Below, piece by piece: positions 8,058-17,121 of a stretch of DNA of 34,726 nt; within the stretch, counting starts at the first letter, position 1; each line of letters starts with the position of its first letter. Made by a program: the position numbers and the translations under genes. The notes below the pieces were generated by a model. That model saw only the letters and a list, made by a program, of their open reading frames with translations. It was not told the origin of the DNA and ran no database searches. The DNA is from a virus (lineage: Duplodnaviria; Caudoviricetes). Where the stretch lies: IMG/VR virus record IMGVR_UViG_3300040985_001649, positions 1-34,726 of that record, one strand, 5' to 3'.

Positions 8058-8433
8058 TGTCTGCGGCCTCGCCCATCGCCATCGTCACCAGGCCCAGCAG
8101 CGCGTCGACGCCCGGGTCTGCGGTGATGGCCCGCGCCTCAGCCAGCGCGAACCGGCCCATAGCGAGCACCACCGGATCACGATTGTCGGCGGCCGTGCGC
8201 GCGTCCACCTGGGCACGCAACGCCGCCGCGCCGACCGTGATGGCCTCGATGAGGCTGACGGGGCGAGACGGCCACAGCTTGCCGCGGATGGTGTTCCACG
8301 AATCGAGCCACGCCTGCTCAGCCTCGCGTGACGCCTCGAGCTTTGCGGCCAACTCGCGGACCTTCCCCTGTTCTGCGTCGCGTTCCATTGCCAGTCGTCG
8401 CAGTGCGGTCTGCTCTTTCATGTCGGCGGCCAT
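8050..8433 (-). CDS. Hypothetical protein (coiled-coil N-terminus)
   Basis: Helical composition; GAGG RBS; 8-bp overlap with the helicase start. Confidence 0.65.
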   Translation of the reverse strand: MAADMKEQTALRRLAMERDAEQGKVRELAAKLEASREAEQAWLDSWNTIRGKLWPSRPVSLIEAITVGAAALRAQVDARTAADNRDPVVLAMGRFALAEARAITADPGVDALLGLVTMAMGEAADNG

Positions 8434-8475
8434 CGGGTCCTCGATTGTGTAGGGGGTGGGCTCGAAGTCGAGCGG

Positions 8476-8739
8476 CTATGCGGTGGCGTCCATCTCGACG
8501 CCCAGCCAGTCGGCCAGGTCTTTGCTTGGCACGCCCAGCTCACGCGCGACCTGCACAACCTTGACGGGGGCGGGCGTCCACGCTGTCGGGCCTCGTGAGC
8601 CATCGCCAGGGCGACGGCCCGACAGGCGGTCGTAAAGCAGGCGCCGACCGCAGCCGAGCCGCCCAGCCAGCCATGCGACAGTACGGCCCTGCTCGACGAG
8701 AAGGGCACGCAGCGGGTGAGGCTCAGAAGGGGCAGGCAT
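8476..8739 (-). CDS. Cro/XRE-like HTH DNA-binding protein
   Basis: LRALLVEQGRTVAWLAGRLGCGRRLLYDRLSG...VARELGV pattern. Confidence 0.7.
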   Translation of the reverse strand: MPAPSEPHPLRALLVEQGRTVAWLAGRLGCGRRLLYDRLSGRRPGDGSRGPTAWTPAPVKVVQVARELGVPSKDLADWLGVEMDATA

Positions 8740-9301
8740 CAGAGTCCTCGTCTGTGGGCATGGGGGGCTCTTCGGCGGGCGGGGCGCCCTGTGCTGGCTC
8801 GCTGGTGGCCTCTTCGGGCTCGTCGACTGCAGCCATGCCCCAATCAGTCGCCGCCAGCGCGTCGCGGTAGATCGTCGCCGAAGCCAGGCCTCCCCGCCAT
8901 GTTTGGACGTTCTGGCCTGCGCTCGGGTGGCGGCTGTCGCCCTCGCGGATGGTGTTGATGTCGGCGACGAGCATGTGCCTCTCCATCTCCGCGCACTCGG
9001 CCTTGATCTCGCCGGGCGTTGGCCTCGGCGCCTCGGGCTCGACGGGTCCAGGGCGTGTCACCATCACCACCGTGTGGCCGTTGGGCTCTTCGGCGGCCTC
9101 TTCGGCGGCCTTAGCCTTGCCAGCCATTGCGGCGGCCAGCACGTCGCGGGCCTGCCCGATGAGGGCCAGCGCGTCGACCGTCGCAAGGGTGACCACGTCG
9201 CGGTCGCTCGAATCGCCGTGGATGCGGCAGGCGGGGCACTGGATGGCGTCGTAGACAACGAGGGTTTCGGGGTGCACGTCGGTATCGGCGCAGGTCTGCA
9301 T
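8723..9301 (-). CDS. Hypothetical protein (CxxC near N-terminus, acidic tail)
   Basis: TTG start with GGAGG RBS; CPAC; acidic C-terminus ending in CPF. Confidence 0.6.
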   Translation of the reverse strand: MQTCADTDVHPETLVVYDAIQCPACRIHGDSSDRDVVTLATVDALALIGQARDVLAAAMAGKAKAAEEAAEEPNGHTVVMVTRPGPVEPEAPRPTPGEIKAECAEMERHMLVADINTIREGDSRHPSAGQNVQTWRGGLASATIYRDALAATDWGMAAVDEPEEATSEPAQGAPPAEEPPMPTDEDSDACPF

Positions 9302-9327
9302 TGGGTCCTCCAGATGGGTGGGTTGGC

Positions 9328-11487
9328 TCAGCCGAGCCGGTGGATAGTGACGCCGGCCCGCTGCAGGTCGGCCAGTTCGAGGGCGCCGGCCTCCTCGTCA
9401 GCCGTGATCGCGCAGGTCACGATGACGTTGTCGACCAGCCCGGCAGCGTGAGCTCTGGACAGGGCGGCGAGCAGCGGGCCACGGTGGTCGGACTGCACCA
9501 CCTCGAGCCCGTCGATGAGCACCAGGCGGCATGGCTGGCGCGAGACAACAGCGAGGGCGTAGACCAGGGCGGCGGCGGTGATACGGCGCTCAGACTCGGA
9601 TAGCGCCTCGTACTGCACCCGCTCACCATTGACGATGGCCCCGTAGTCGCCAGGGCCAGCGAGGTACGGCTGCGGCGCGCCCTCCCAGGCATCAGCCAGT
9701 AGGGCCCGCGCTGCGTCCTCGACCGGCCCGTAGCAGGCGGCGGCTTGTTCTAGGCGGACGGCGCGCACGGCTTCGACCAGGGCGGCGGTGGCCTTGCGTT
9801 GTGTCTCTGCGTCGGCGGCAGCCTGCGCGGCCTCCTGCGCTCGACGCTCGGAACGTTGCCAGTCCCGATAGGCGTCGGCCAGGGCCTGCAGGCGGTCTGC
9901 CTCGTTGTTGGCGCGGGCCACCTTGGCGGGGTCGAGGCTTGCGACGTCGGCGGCCTGCAGGTCAGCGAGCCGGGCGCTAGCGGCCTTCCACTCTTGGCGG
10001 GTCTCCTGCAGGTTGCGGTCGCGGCGGGCGGTGGCGTCAGCGTGGCGCTGCGTGGCCTGCGCATCTTCGCGCTCCACCTGGGCCAGCACGCCCTCGGCAC
10101 GGTTCACGGCGTCGGCACGGTCGGCCTGGATGCGGTCGGCCCGGCGCTTGCCGTCCTCGATGGCGCTACGTGCGGCACCCTCGGCGCGGGCCAGGGCATC
10201 GTTGGCGCTGGTCAGCGCTGCGGCGGCGGCGCCTCGGGCGGCGTTGGTAGTCCCCACGCGCTTGCCTGCGACGTCGGCGGCCGCCCATAGCGCGCCGACG
10301 TCCGCCGCTGGTCCATCAGCCTGCGCGGCATCGAGCAGCACGCCCAGCGGGTCGGCCTCTCCGCAGTGCCGGCAGGGGAGCGCCGCCTGCGCCCTAAGCC
10401 CTGCCATGGCCTGCTCGGCTGCCTCGTGTGCGCGCTCTGCCGCCTGCGCCTCGCGCAGCTTGTCGTCGACCTCACGGTGGGCGATGCGCGCGGCCTCAAA
10501 TGCGTCATCAGCGGCGCCGTCAGCCTCTGCCGCTGCCTGCGCTGCGTCGTACAGGCCCTGCGGCACTGGCGACGGCGTGGGCGGAGGGGGCACCGGCTTG
10601 GCGGCCTCTGCCTTGGCGGCGTCGAGCGCGGCGCGGGCATCCGGCACGGCCAGGGTGCCCCGTAGTGCCGGGCTCGCCTGCTCCCGCAACGCCTTGCCCC
10701 GCGCCTTGATCTCGACCAGCCGCTGCTCGGCCCGCTCGATGCGGCCATCATGCCCGGCCCGCTCCTCCCCCGCAGACTGCATGCGCGCCAGGTTGGCCCG
10801 TGCCGCCCGCAGTCCGTCGCTCAAGTCCTCGCCCGGTTTGTTGGTCCGCTCATCTTTGGCGGCGGCCAGGATGGACTCGGCGGTGCGCAGCTCGGCCCGC
10901 GCTGTGGTGGCGGCGTCGTTGGCCCACCCCTCGGCGACCTGCAGCCAGAGGCCACCATCCCCGGCGCGTGGGTGGGTCGAGACCAGGGCCCTGCCAAGCA
11001 TCTGGCTGCCCTCCACCCCTTCCATACGCTGCTCGAGCCGGCTCTGCGCATCCAGGTAGGTCCACGCCTCGACTGCTCCACCAGCTCGGGCGATGCGGTC
11101 CAGTAGCTTGCGTCGGTCGCCATCGGTCCCGCCTGACCAGTCCGACAGATCCCACGACACGATGGGCTCGCCGACGATGCGGTGGGCGTCGGCGGTGGCA
11201 TTCTTGTGGGCCCTGGCGTTCGGGTTGGTGATGCTCAGGTCACGCCGCCAACTGCCGCCCGTCGTCATCACCTCGGCCTGCGCGCCCTCCTCGATGGCGC
11301 CCAGGTATGGCCGCGTCCGGTCGGTCGTGGTCTGCGCCAGGCCGTTGATGGCTCCCAACAGGGCCAGGATGCGGGTGGTCTTGCCGGCGCCGTTGGGCCC
11401 GGCGTAGACGTCCACGCCGCCCAGGGTGTCGCGAAACGTGCGGCCCTTGAGGTGGCCTGTGATGCTCAGGTCTGTGATTGTGGCCAT
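9328..11487 (-). CDS. Rad50/SbcC/SMC-like ABC ATPase with zinc hook
   Basis: Walker A GPNGAGKT, long Ala-rich coiled coil with central CRHC, signature LSESE, Walker B LVLIDGLE. Confidence 0.85.
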   Translation of the reverse strand: MATITDLSITGHLKGRTFRDTLGGVDVYAGPNGAGKTTRILALLGAINGLAQTTTDRTRPYLGAIEEGAQAEVMTTGGSWRRDLSITNPNARAHKNATADAHRIVGEPIVSWDLSDWSGGTDGDRRKLLDRIARAGGAVEAWTYLDAQSRLEQRMEGVEGSQMLGRALVSTHPRAGDGGLWLQVAEGWANDAATTARAELRTAESILAAAKDERTNKPGEDLSDGLRAARANLARMQSAGEERAGHDGRIERAEQRLVEIKARGKALREQASPALRGTLAVPDARAALDAAKAEAAKPVPPPPTPSPVPQGLYDAAQAAAEADGAADDAFEAARIAHREVDDKLREAQAAERAHEAAEQAMAGLRAQAALPCRHCGEADPLGVLLDAAQADGPAADVGALWAAADVAGKRVGTTNAARGAAAAALTSANDALARAEGAARSAIEDGKRRADRIQADRADAVNRAEGVLAQVEREDAQATQRHADATARRDRNLQETRQEWKAASARLADLQAADVASLDPAKVARANNEADRLQALADAYRDWQRSERRAQEAAQAAADAETQRKATAALVEAVRAVRLEQAAACYGPVEDAARALLADAWEGAPQPYLAGPGDYGAIVNGERVQYEALSESERRITAAALVYALAVVSRQPCRLVLIDGLEVVQSDHRGPLLAALSRAHAAGLVDNVIVTCAITADEEAGALELADLQRAGVTIHRLG

Positions 11488-11490
11488 CGT

Positions 11491-12105
11491 TCAGTCCTCC
11501 CCGGCTTGGCGGGGTGAATGGTCGGTGCCGGCGATGTCGCGAAGTGCGGCAGCACCAGAGGGCCCGGCCAGGAATGCGGCCACCTTGTCGCGGCCGTCCT
11601 GGTCCAGGGTGGAGATTGGCGGCTTGTCCTTTGTGGCGGCCCAGGCGTCGGCCTGCTCCATCGTGGCACCCACCCCTGCCAGCAACTGCCCGATGGTGAG
11701 CGCGGGCGTGGCCACCTTGAGCGGGCGAACCGTCCAGCGCTTGCGGGACTTGTCCGACGCCGCCAGAGAGTGCGTCTGCGGCTTGTCGATGCAACTGATG
11801 GCCCGGAGCCGGATCCCGCCCACGGCGTCGCCGCCCCATGTCACCTTGTCATCACGGTACAGCTCGACCGTGAGGCCCACCCACTCAGCCGTGTCAGCGC
11901 TGCCGATGACTCGCACCAACAGGCGGCGCATTGTCAGGCAGGGCAGCCAGGGCTTGTAGTCGCCGGACAGTCGCACAGCGACGGGCTGGTCGCTCTTGCC
12001 GGTTAGCTTGGCGTCAACGATCTGCACCACGATGGACCCTGCCAGCAGGTCTTCGGCGTTGAGCTGGTTGGTGTTCGGGGTGAGTGTTTCGGTGATGTCG
12101 GGCAT
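11491..12105 (-). CDS. Conserved phage recombination-module protein, putative ssDNA-binding/annealing
   Basis: QLNAEDL...PCLTMRRLL...G..VELYRD..V.WGG..VGGIR resembles a family often found next to phage exonucleases; function inferred from context. Confidence 0.55.
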   Translation of the reverse strand: MPDITETLTPNTNQLNAEDLLAGSIVVQIVDAKLTGKSDQPVAVRLSGDYKPWLPCLTMRRLLVRVIGSADTAEWVGLTVELYRDDKVTWGGDAVGGIRLRAISCIDKPQTHSLAASDKSRKRWTVRPLKVATPALTIGQLLAGVGATMEQADAWAATKDKPPISTLDQDGRDKVAAFLAGPSGAAALRDIAGTDHSPRQAGED

Positions 12106-12900
12106 TTATTCGGCCTCTCTGCTGTCGGTGAATGTGGGCTCGACCCAGTGCGGGGCGTCGAGCATCACGGGGTCAGGGTGGCGGCCGGGCCAGATGCCCG
12201 CCCGGGTGCACTCGGCCACGCGGTCGATGAGCCGGCGGCGCAGGGCCTCCCCGGCTTCGAGCAGCGCGCGGCTCATCCAGAACACGGTCAGGTCGTGCGG
12301 CTCTTTGTCCTCGACACAGACGAGGCCGAAGGCGTCGAAGCTGCCGCCCGCCATGTAGTGGGCCGCCTGCCCGTGCCAGCCCATCCGCCATGCCATCTTG
12401 GTGATCTCAGCCTCGGAACAGTCGCCGACGGTCTTCAGGTCGAGCCCGATGCGCCGGCCGCCAGGGGTCACGATGCGGTCAGCGCGACCGCGGCACAGCA
12501 GGCCGGTCTCGTCGTCGGCCCACTCCAGCATCACCTCGGACTCTCCGCCCGGCCCGATGAGCAGCGGCCCGGCCACCGGGTGGGCGTGGACGCGCTGGGC
12601 GATGCGGCTGGCGGTGTCCCACGCTTTCCGGCTCAGGCCCTCGACGCCAGGGTGCGACAGTTGCCAGCGGTCCCATGCATTGCCCCGCCGCGCGCCGTCG
12701 AAGGCTGCGTAGTCGGTCGCCCAACGCTCAGGCTCCAACACGGCACAGTGGATGGCCCGCAGCGCTTGCCGGCTGGGCGTGTCGCCGCTGGTCGGGTTGT
12801 CGGCGGCGTGCCTGTAGTGCAGCGGTGAGCCCTTCCACATGTGGCGCAGGAGGGACCAGCGGACACCCGGCCGGGTGAAGTAGTCGTCAGGGGCGGTCAT
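12106..12900 (-). CDS. RecE/ExoVIII-like PD-(D/E)XK exonuclease (DUF3799-like)
   Basis: SPLHY...AIHCAVLEP, ESEV..CRGRADRI, DLKT, GWHGQAAHY, VEDKEPH. ATG at 12900 overlaps the upstream stop. Confidence 0.85.
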   Translation of the reverse strand: MTAPDDYFTRPGVRWSLLRHMWKGSPLHYRHAADNPTSGDTPSRQALRAIHCAVLEPERWATDYAAFDGARRGNAWDRWQLSHPGVEGLSRKAWDTASRIAQRVHAHPVAGPLLIGPGGESEVMLEWADDETGLLCRGRADRIVTPGGRRIGLDLKTVGDCSEAEITKMAWRMGWHGQAAHYMAGGSFDAFGLVCVEDKEPHDLTVFWMSRALLEAGEALRRRLIDRVAECTRAGIWPGRHPDPVMLDAPHWVEPTFTDSREAE

Positions 12901-13109
12901 CAGTCCGCCTGCACTTCGGTCGCGTCGGTGTCGGCGCACCACAGGCTGTAGTCGCCGTCGTACTCGCTCGTGAGGAGCGCAAGGTCAGCGGCCGAGACAA
13001 GCCAATCGCTCTGGGTGCCTTCGTCGTGGTAGCGGTACTCGCCGCTGTCGGTCAGGGTGGCGTTTGTTTGGGCGATAGCGGCGGCGATGTGGGTGGCAGT
13101 ATTCGGCAT
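12900..13109 (-). CDS. Hypothetical 69-aa acidic protein, first gene of the early operon
   Basis: GGAG RBS; stop overlaps the exonuclease start. Confidence 0.7.
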   Translation of the reverse strand: MPNTATHIAAAIAQTNATLTDSGEYRYHDEGTQSDWLVSAADLALLTSEYDGDYSLWCADTDATEVQAD

Positions 13110-13155
13110 GTTGGGCTCCGGGTCTCATTGACTGCGGGTTCCTTCCCGCCCCACA

Positions 13156-13184
13156 ACAGTACCGTAGCGCCCACGTAACTGCAA
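13156..13184 (-). promoter_or_regulatory. Sigma70-like leftward early promoter
   Basis: TTGCAG, 17 bp spacer, TACTGT on minus, in an AT-richer divergent intergenic region. Confidence 0.6.
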
Positions 13185-13300
13185 CACACTTTGACGCGGT
13201 TAAGTTTTGGACCAGCCGAGAATGCCCGCCAGCACGGCCGCAGTCATTGCCGAATAAACTACAGCTTGCCAACGGGCCGCCATCCCGATAGCGCCCAGCT

Positions 13301-13543
13301 ATGGACCCGAGACCCACATTTTCCGAATGGCTGCAGGCTGCGCTCGCCGTCGCCAGCACCACCGCGCCCGAGCTCGCCGAAGCCGTCAAGGTCACCCCTG
13401 CCGCCGTTTACGGGTGGCTCAGGGGTGAACGGCTGGCGGGCACCTCGGTGGTCCGCGTGCTGCATGCGCTCGGGCTGTCGAATGACCCGCGCTCTGATGA
13501 TGCTTGGCGGGCGTACCATGAGACGATGAGGGGGAGGGGATGA
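13301..13543 (+). CDS. XRE/Cro-CI family HTH regulator
   Basis: FSEWLQAAL...TAPELAEAVKVTPAAVYGWLRGER; divergent from the early operon. Confidence 0.85.
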   Translation: MDPRPTFSEWLQAALAVASTTAPELAEAVKVTPAAVYGWLRGERLAGTSVVRVLHALGLSNDPRSDDAWRAYHETMRGRG

Positions 13544-14049
13544 CCGCAGCATCCGCCCGCGCTTCCCAGGCCCGTGGCGCCGCTTGGGAGAAGGCCATCC
13601 GCGGCGACCTGACCCTCTGGACTTCCGAGGGCATCCTGCGCGACTGGCAGCAGCAGGGGACGCTCTACCAGCGCATCGGGGCAGGCGGTCGGCGTGTCGT
13701 GCCGGTCGAAGCCGACGGCCCGCTGGACTTCGCGATGTGGACCGCTGACACCGCGTGGGCCTTCGAGGCCAAGGCCACCGGGGCGCCGCGCTGGTCGTTC
13801 GCCAACATCGAGCCGCACCAGGCCCGCCGCATGTCGTCCTGGCACATGCCCAGCCGTGGCCGGGTCGCTGGCGTGGCCCTGCGCTTCGACGACGATGGCC
13901 TGGCCGCCTGGCTGCCCTGGGACCTCCTGGCGCCTCTCTGGTCGCGCTGGGCAGTGGGTGACGCAGCACGCGGTGAGGCGTCGCTGACGGTCGAGCAGGC
14001 CGCCAGGATTGGCACTCCTTGGGGCGAGCAATGGGCCGCCCCCCTGTAG
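13540..14049 (+). CDS. recU: RecU-like Holliday junction resolvase
   Basis: RGAAWEKAI, LDF, AFEAKAT, NIEPHQ match RecU motifs; ATGA coupling with the HTH gene. Confidence 0.8.
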   Translation: MTAASARASQARGAAWEKAIRGDLTLWTSEGILRDWQQQGTLYQRIGAGGRRVVPVEADGPLDFAMWTADTAWAFEAKATGAPRWSFANIEPHQARRMSSWHMPSRGRVAGVALRFDDDGLAAWLPWDLLAPLWSRWAVGDAARGEASLTVEQAARIGTPWGEQWAAPL

Positions 14050-14065
14050 TCTTCCCCCGGCGGGA

Positions 14066-14452
14066 TTACGGGGCGACGGGCTCCGGGCATCCGGCCAGCG
14101 CCTCGATCATAGCCGCGGCCACCGCTGAGCATTCCGGGCGATTGGCTGAGCTTTGGCCGTACTGAAGGCACGTCGCCCACTGACATGCCGGCGACATCGG
14201 ATCGCCGCCTGCGCCCGTGCGGCATTGCACCGGGACCTCAGCCAGCGTCGATCTCAGCTCGGCGTCAATCACGACCGGACGCCCCGCGGCCTCTGCCACG
14301 CTGGCGATAGCCTCGCCCTGTGCCTCGATTGTGGCGGCGACTTCCTCGATCGCGTCTGCCGTATCCGGGACCGGTCGAAGGCCCCAGCCTGCGCCGAAGC
14401 CTGCCGCGGCGATCACGATAGCAGCCGCGGCGACTAGTGCAGTGATTGACAT
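14066..14452 (-). CDS. Membrane-anchored lysis accessory protein (spanin-like, putative)
   Basis: N-terminal TM (ITALVAAAAIVIAAAGFGAGW), helical segment, Cys-rich C-terminus; last gene of the lysis cassette. Start is 14452 or 14464. Confidence 0.5.
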   Translation of the reverse strand: MSITALVAAAAIVIAAAGFGAGWGLRPVPDTADAIEEVAATIEAQGEAIASVAEAAGRPVVIDAELRSTLAEVPVQCRTGAGGDPMSPACQWATCLQYGQSSANRPECSAVAAAMIEALAGCPEPVAP

Positions 14453-14466
14453 CTCGGCCCCCATTG

Positions 14467-14709
14467 TCAGCGCTCGGTGGCGCGTGCGTGCATCTCTGCG
14501 GACGTCGGCGCCCGGTTGGGTAGCGGCAGATTCCGCGAGCCATAGACGCCAAGCGCAGCGGCCACCGTGCCCAGGAGCCACTCGGCGAGCTCCGCGAACG
14601 TGTCGAGCGTGGCCTGCGGCACCTCGAGGTAGGCGAGCCCCAAGAACACACCCACCAGCGCGCCCCCCATTGCGGCGAGGTGGTAGGCCCCCGACAGCGT
14701 CCGAGACAT
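14467..14709 (-). CDS. Putative holin (2 TM)
   Basis: 80 aa, two hydrophobic segments and a polar C-terminus; lies in the lysis cassette. Confidence 0.6.
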   Translation of the reverse strand: MSRTLSGAYHLAAMGGALVGVFLGLAYLEVPQATLDTFAELAEWLLGTVAAALGVYGSRNLPLPNRAPTSAEMHARATER

Positions 14710-15044
14710 CACGGCGCGCCGTCCATGTCGCCCGGAGCCCGGATCGGCCTGTCTGGGCATGGCATGACGGGCAGTAGAGGCGAGTCAGTGTAGATCGGCT
14801 CGTCTGGTAGGCCGTCGGTGGCCTCGGCGATGGTCTCGCCCTCGGCGTCGGGCAGCGTCTCCAGGTGGTCAGCGTGGATCCTGTAGAGCTGGACCGGGCC
14901 CGAGTCGTCGAGCCAGCACACCCGGATCGGCGTCATCTCGCGCAGCATGTCCGCCACGTCGTCCCAGCCGCTATCGATCGCTCTGCGGGGCTCAGGATCG
15001 GCGGCCATGACCGCAGCGACCAGCACGAGCCCGAGCGGTGTCAT
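14709..15044 (-). CDS. Hypothetical protein with signal-peptide-like N-terminus
   Basis: MTPLGLVLVAAVMAA|DPEP; start and stop overlap both neighbours. Confidence 0.6.
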   Translation of the reverse strand: MTPLGLVLVAAVMAADPEPRRAIDSGWDDVADMLREMTPIRVCWLDDSGPVQLYRIHADHLETLPDAEGETIAEATDGLPDEPIYTDSPLLPVMPCPDRPIRAPGDMDGAP

Positions 15045-15265
15045 GGGCAGCCCATCCGGTCCATTTGGTGGACCTCCCGGATCAGGCACTCGACCTCTCG
15101 CGGCGCCTCACGGACTGCGACGGCGAGCGCGTCGACGCTGACCTCGAGCGCGGCTACCCGGTCCTCCGTCTGATCGAGCCTGTAGGCCATCACGGCATAT
15201 GTGCCACCAGCACCGCCGATCGAGGCAATCAGGCCGACGACTCCCGCGAGGATTTTGGTGTCCAT
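15041..15265 (-). CDS. Small TM + coiled-coil lysis-region protein (holin/antiholin-like)
   Basis: MDTKILAGVVGLIASIGGAGGTYAVMAYRLDQTEDRVAALE...; TAATG overlap with the endolysin stop. Confidence 0.6.
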   Translation of the reverse strand: MDTKILAGVVGLIASIGGAGGTYAVMAYRLDQTEDRVAALEVSVDALAVAVREAPREVECLIREVHQMDRMGCP

Positions 15266-16026
15266 TAGACCGCCTGTGCGATTGCGGCACACCCGCGGGC
15301 GATAGCCTGTCCGATGCGGCGGTGCCCAGCCTCGGACCACAGCGCCCGGTGGCTCGCTGCGTCAAGGAACCCCGGCTCGAGGATGAGCCCCGCGTGACCG
15401 TTGGGCCCGGAGTAGGCGCCGCCCACGACGCCGAGCGAGCGGTAGAGCCACGGGCGGGCCTCGCCGCGGTCGTCGTAGAAGATGGTCCTGGTGACCTTCG
15501 ACAACTCGGGGAGGGCCTCGAACGCCTGCGCCATGCGCTCCTGGTAGCCCTGCCCTCGCCCGCTGCGCTTGTCGGCCCCCACCATGCCGTAGGTGCCGCC
15601 GCCTGCGTTGCAGTGGCAGCACAGGACGATCGAGATGCCTCCGGTCTCCGCTGCCCAGGTCTCCGCCCACCGGTTGATGTGGACGTGGGCCGTCTTGTAC
15701 CCGGGCGGCCATGTGCCATCGGACTCACGCACGTCGGCGGGGACCGGCCCGAGCCCGTAGCGGACGACCGCCAGGCCAGAGCCCAGCCACGCCGCCCGCA
15801 GGTGGTCGATGGTCGAGGCGTCAACGCCAGCCGCCAACGCAGCTGCGCCGTGGTCTCGGATGAGCGCAAGCCATCCCTGTGCGGCGTAGCCAAGCACCTG
15901 GTGCGCCTCCTGCTCCCAGGTCTCGCGGACGCCGTCGGCGTCGATGTCGGCATGGGCGCCGGGGTCCCACGAGGGCTTCAAGTTGCCATGGTCGGCGCGG
16001 ATGATGACGAGGAGGGGCCGGTTCAC
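15265..16026 (-). CDS. Endolysin, N-acetylmuramoyl-L-alanine amidase (Amidase_3-like)
   Basis: Zn ligands in ADHG, E, and HCNAG; catalytic ILEPGFLD; C-terminal IGQAIARG helix. Confidence 0.8.
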   Translation of the reverse strand: MNRPLLVIIRADHGNLKPSWDPGAHADIDADGVRETWEQEAHQVLGYAAQGWLALIRDHGAAALAAGVDASTIDHLRAAWLGSGLAVVRYGLGPVPADVRESDGTWPPGYKTAHVHINRWAETWAAETGGISIVLCCHCNAGGGTYGMVGADKRSGRGQGYQERMAQAFEALPELSKVTRTIFYDDRGEARPWLYRSLGVVGGAYSGPNGHAGLILEPGFLDAASHRALWSEAGHRRIGQAIARGCAAIAQAV

Positions 16027-16066
16027 GGGTTCTCGCCCACATCGTGAACGCTGGAGTGGATACCCA

Positions 16067-16300
16067 TCAGCTTGCGGCCCCGAAATCGGCAGCGACCAGC
16101 GCGTCGACGACCGGGGCAGCCATCTCGCGCGCCTCGCCGGATAGCAGGCCGAGCGGTGAGCGCTCGCGACTGTGCGCAGCCAGCCGGTCAGCGTCAGCGA
16201 CAGTAAGCCGGACGACCAGCTCTACCATGGGCTCGGGCATCATGTCGGCATCCTCGCCAGTGTACCTGTGCGGGGGTGTGGCTGTGATTGGTGTCGCCAT
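16067..16300 (-). CDS. Hypothetical 77-aa protein
   Basis: TAATG overlap with the upstream gene; protein-like composition. Confidence 0.6.
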   Translation of the reverse strand: MATPITATPPHRYTGEDADMMPEPMVELVVRLTVADADRLAAHSRERSPLGLLSGEAREMAAPVVDALVAADFGAAS

Positions 16301-17121
16301 TAGTCGAGCCTCTGGATCCGTAGTTTTTTGAGCCGCGAGGTTGTGGTCCCGCCGTAGATCTGGTGGTCCATCAGTAGGTAGGCCGACGCGCCCGCGAACC
16401 GGTAGCCGTCCTCTATGTCTATGGTGCTGCTACCGGATTTTGACCGCCACAGAGCCGCGCCGATGGTCGGCACGGGCACCCCTGACAGGTAGGCGGTGCC
16501 CTCGTCCCAATATAGATCGAGCAGGTCGCCGCCAGAATGGACAATCATCCGACAGGCGATCGACGTGGGCGCGCTGGTGCCGGTCTGTTGCTCTGCGCCG
16601 ACGCTGGATGCGCCATTGCTCCGGCGTCTGGCCGACTGGCGGTAGCTGGTCGCGCTGACTCTTTGGAGTCTCGAAACCATGTTAAATCCGCTATTAATCC
16701 CTCCGACATTGTTGCCGAGGCCGGTCAGGACGAACGTCGTGTTAGCGCCGAGAGCGAGGGTATCAAGCAGGAAATCGACCGCGTACCGGTGCCCGTCGTC
16801 CCAATCGATCCCCGTGGCTGCCTCGTCGAGCTTGACGTAGGCAAACTGCGCCTTGCCGCTGCCCCCCGTCGTGGTCAGGAGCATCCCACCGGCTGCCGCT
16901 GTGATGGCCAGCGAACCACCGCCGCCCGCGGTCCGGTTGGCAAATCCGACCGTAGCTTTGACTGTCGATCCGTCGGCTTCGTAGAGCGTGACATCGCCGG
17001 CACCCTTGACCACTGACAGGTCGGTAACGTCGGTCGTGAAATCGACCTCGTGAACCGTCGTCCAGGTCGCGCCCGCCACGCCGCCCGGTGCCGCTGCTGG
17101 GGATGCCTTATATCGGCCCAT
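16300..17121 (-). CDS. Putative receptor-binding/tail-associated beta-sandwich protein
   Basis: MGRYKASP start with AAGGA RBS; G/T/S-rich, beta-like; visibly lower GC than the flanks; follows the tail genes. Confidence 0.55.
   Translation of the reverse strand: MGRYKASPAAAPGGVAGATWTTVHEVDFTTDVTDLSVVKGAGDVTLYEADGSTVKATVGFANRTAGGGGSLAITAAAGGMLLTTTGGSGKAQFAYVKLDEAATGIDWDDGHRYAVDFLLDTLALGANTTFVLTGLGNNVGGINSGFNMVSRLQRVSATSYRQSARRRSNGASSVGAEQQTGTSAPTSIACRMIVHSGGDLLDLYWDEGTAYLSGVPVPTIGAALWRSKSGSSTIDIEDGYRFAGASAYLLMDHQIYGGTTTSRLKKLRIQRLD

Noticed and set aside
9905-11059. Long plus-strand ORFs (also 21587-22957, 24511-25533, 29287-30534 and others)
   Set aside because: Antisense shadows expected at very high GC; no motifs or RBS, unlike the HNH case.
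14050-14066. Terminator between the convergent RecU and lysis genes
   Set aside because: Only a short weak stem and no U-tract; not supportable.
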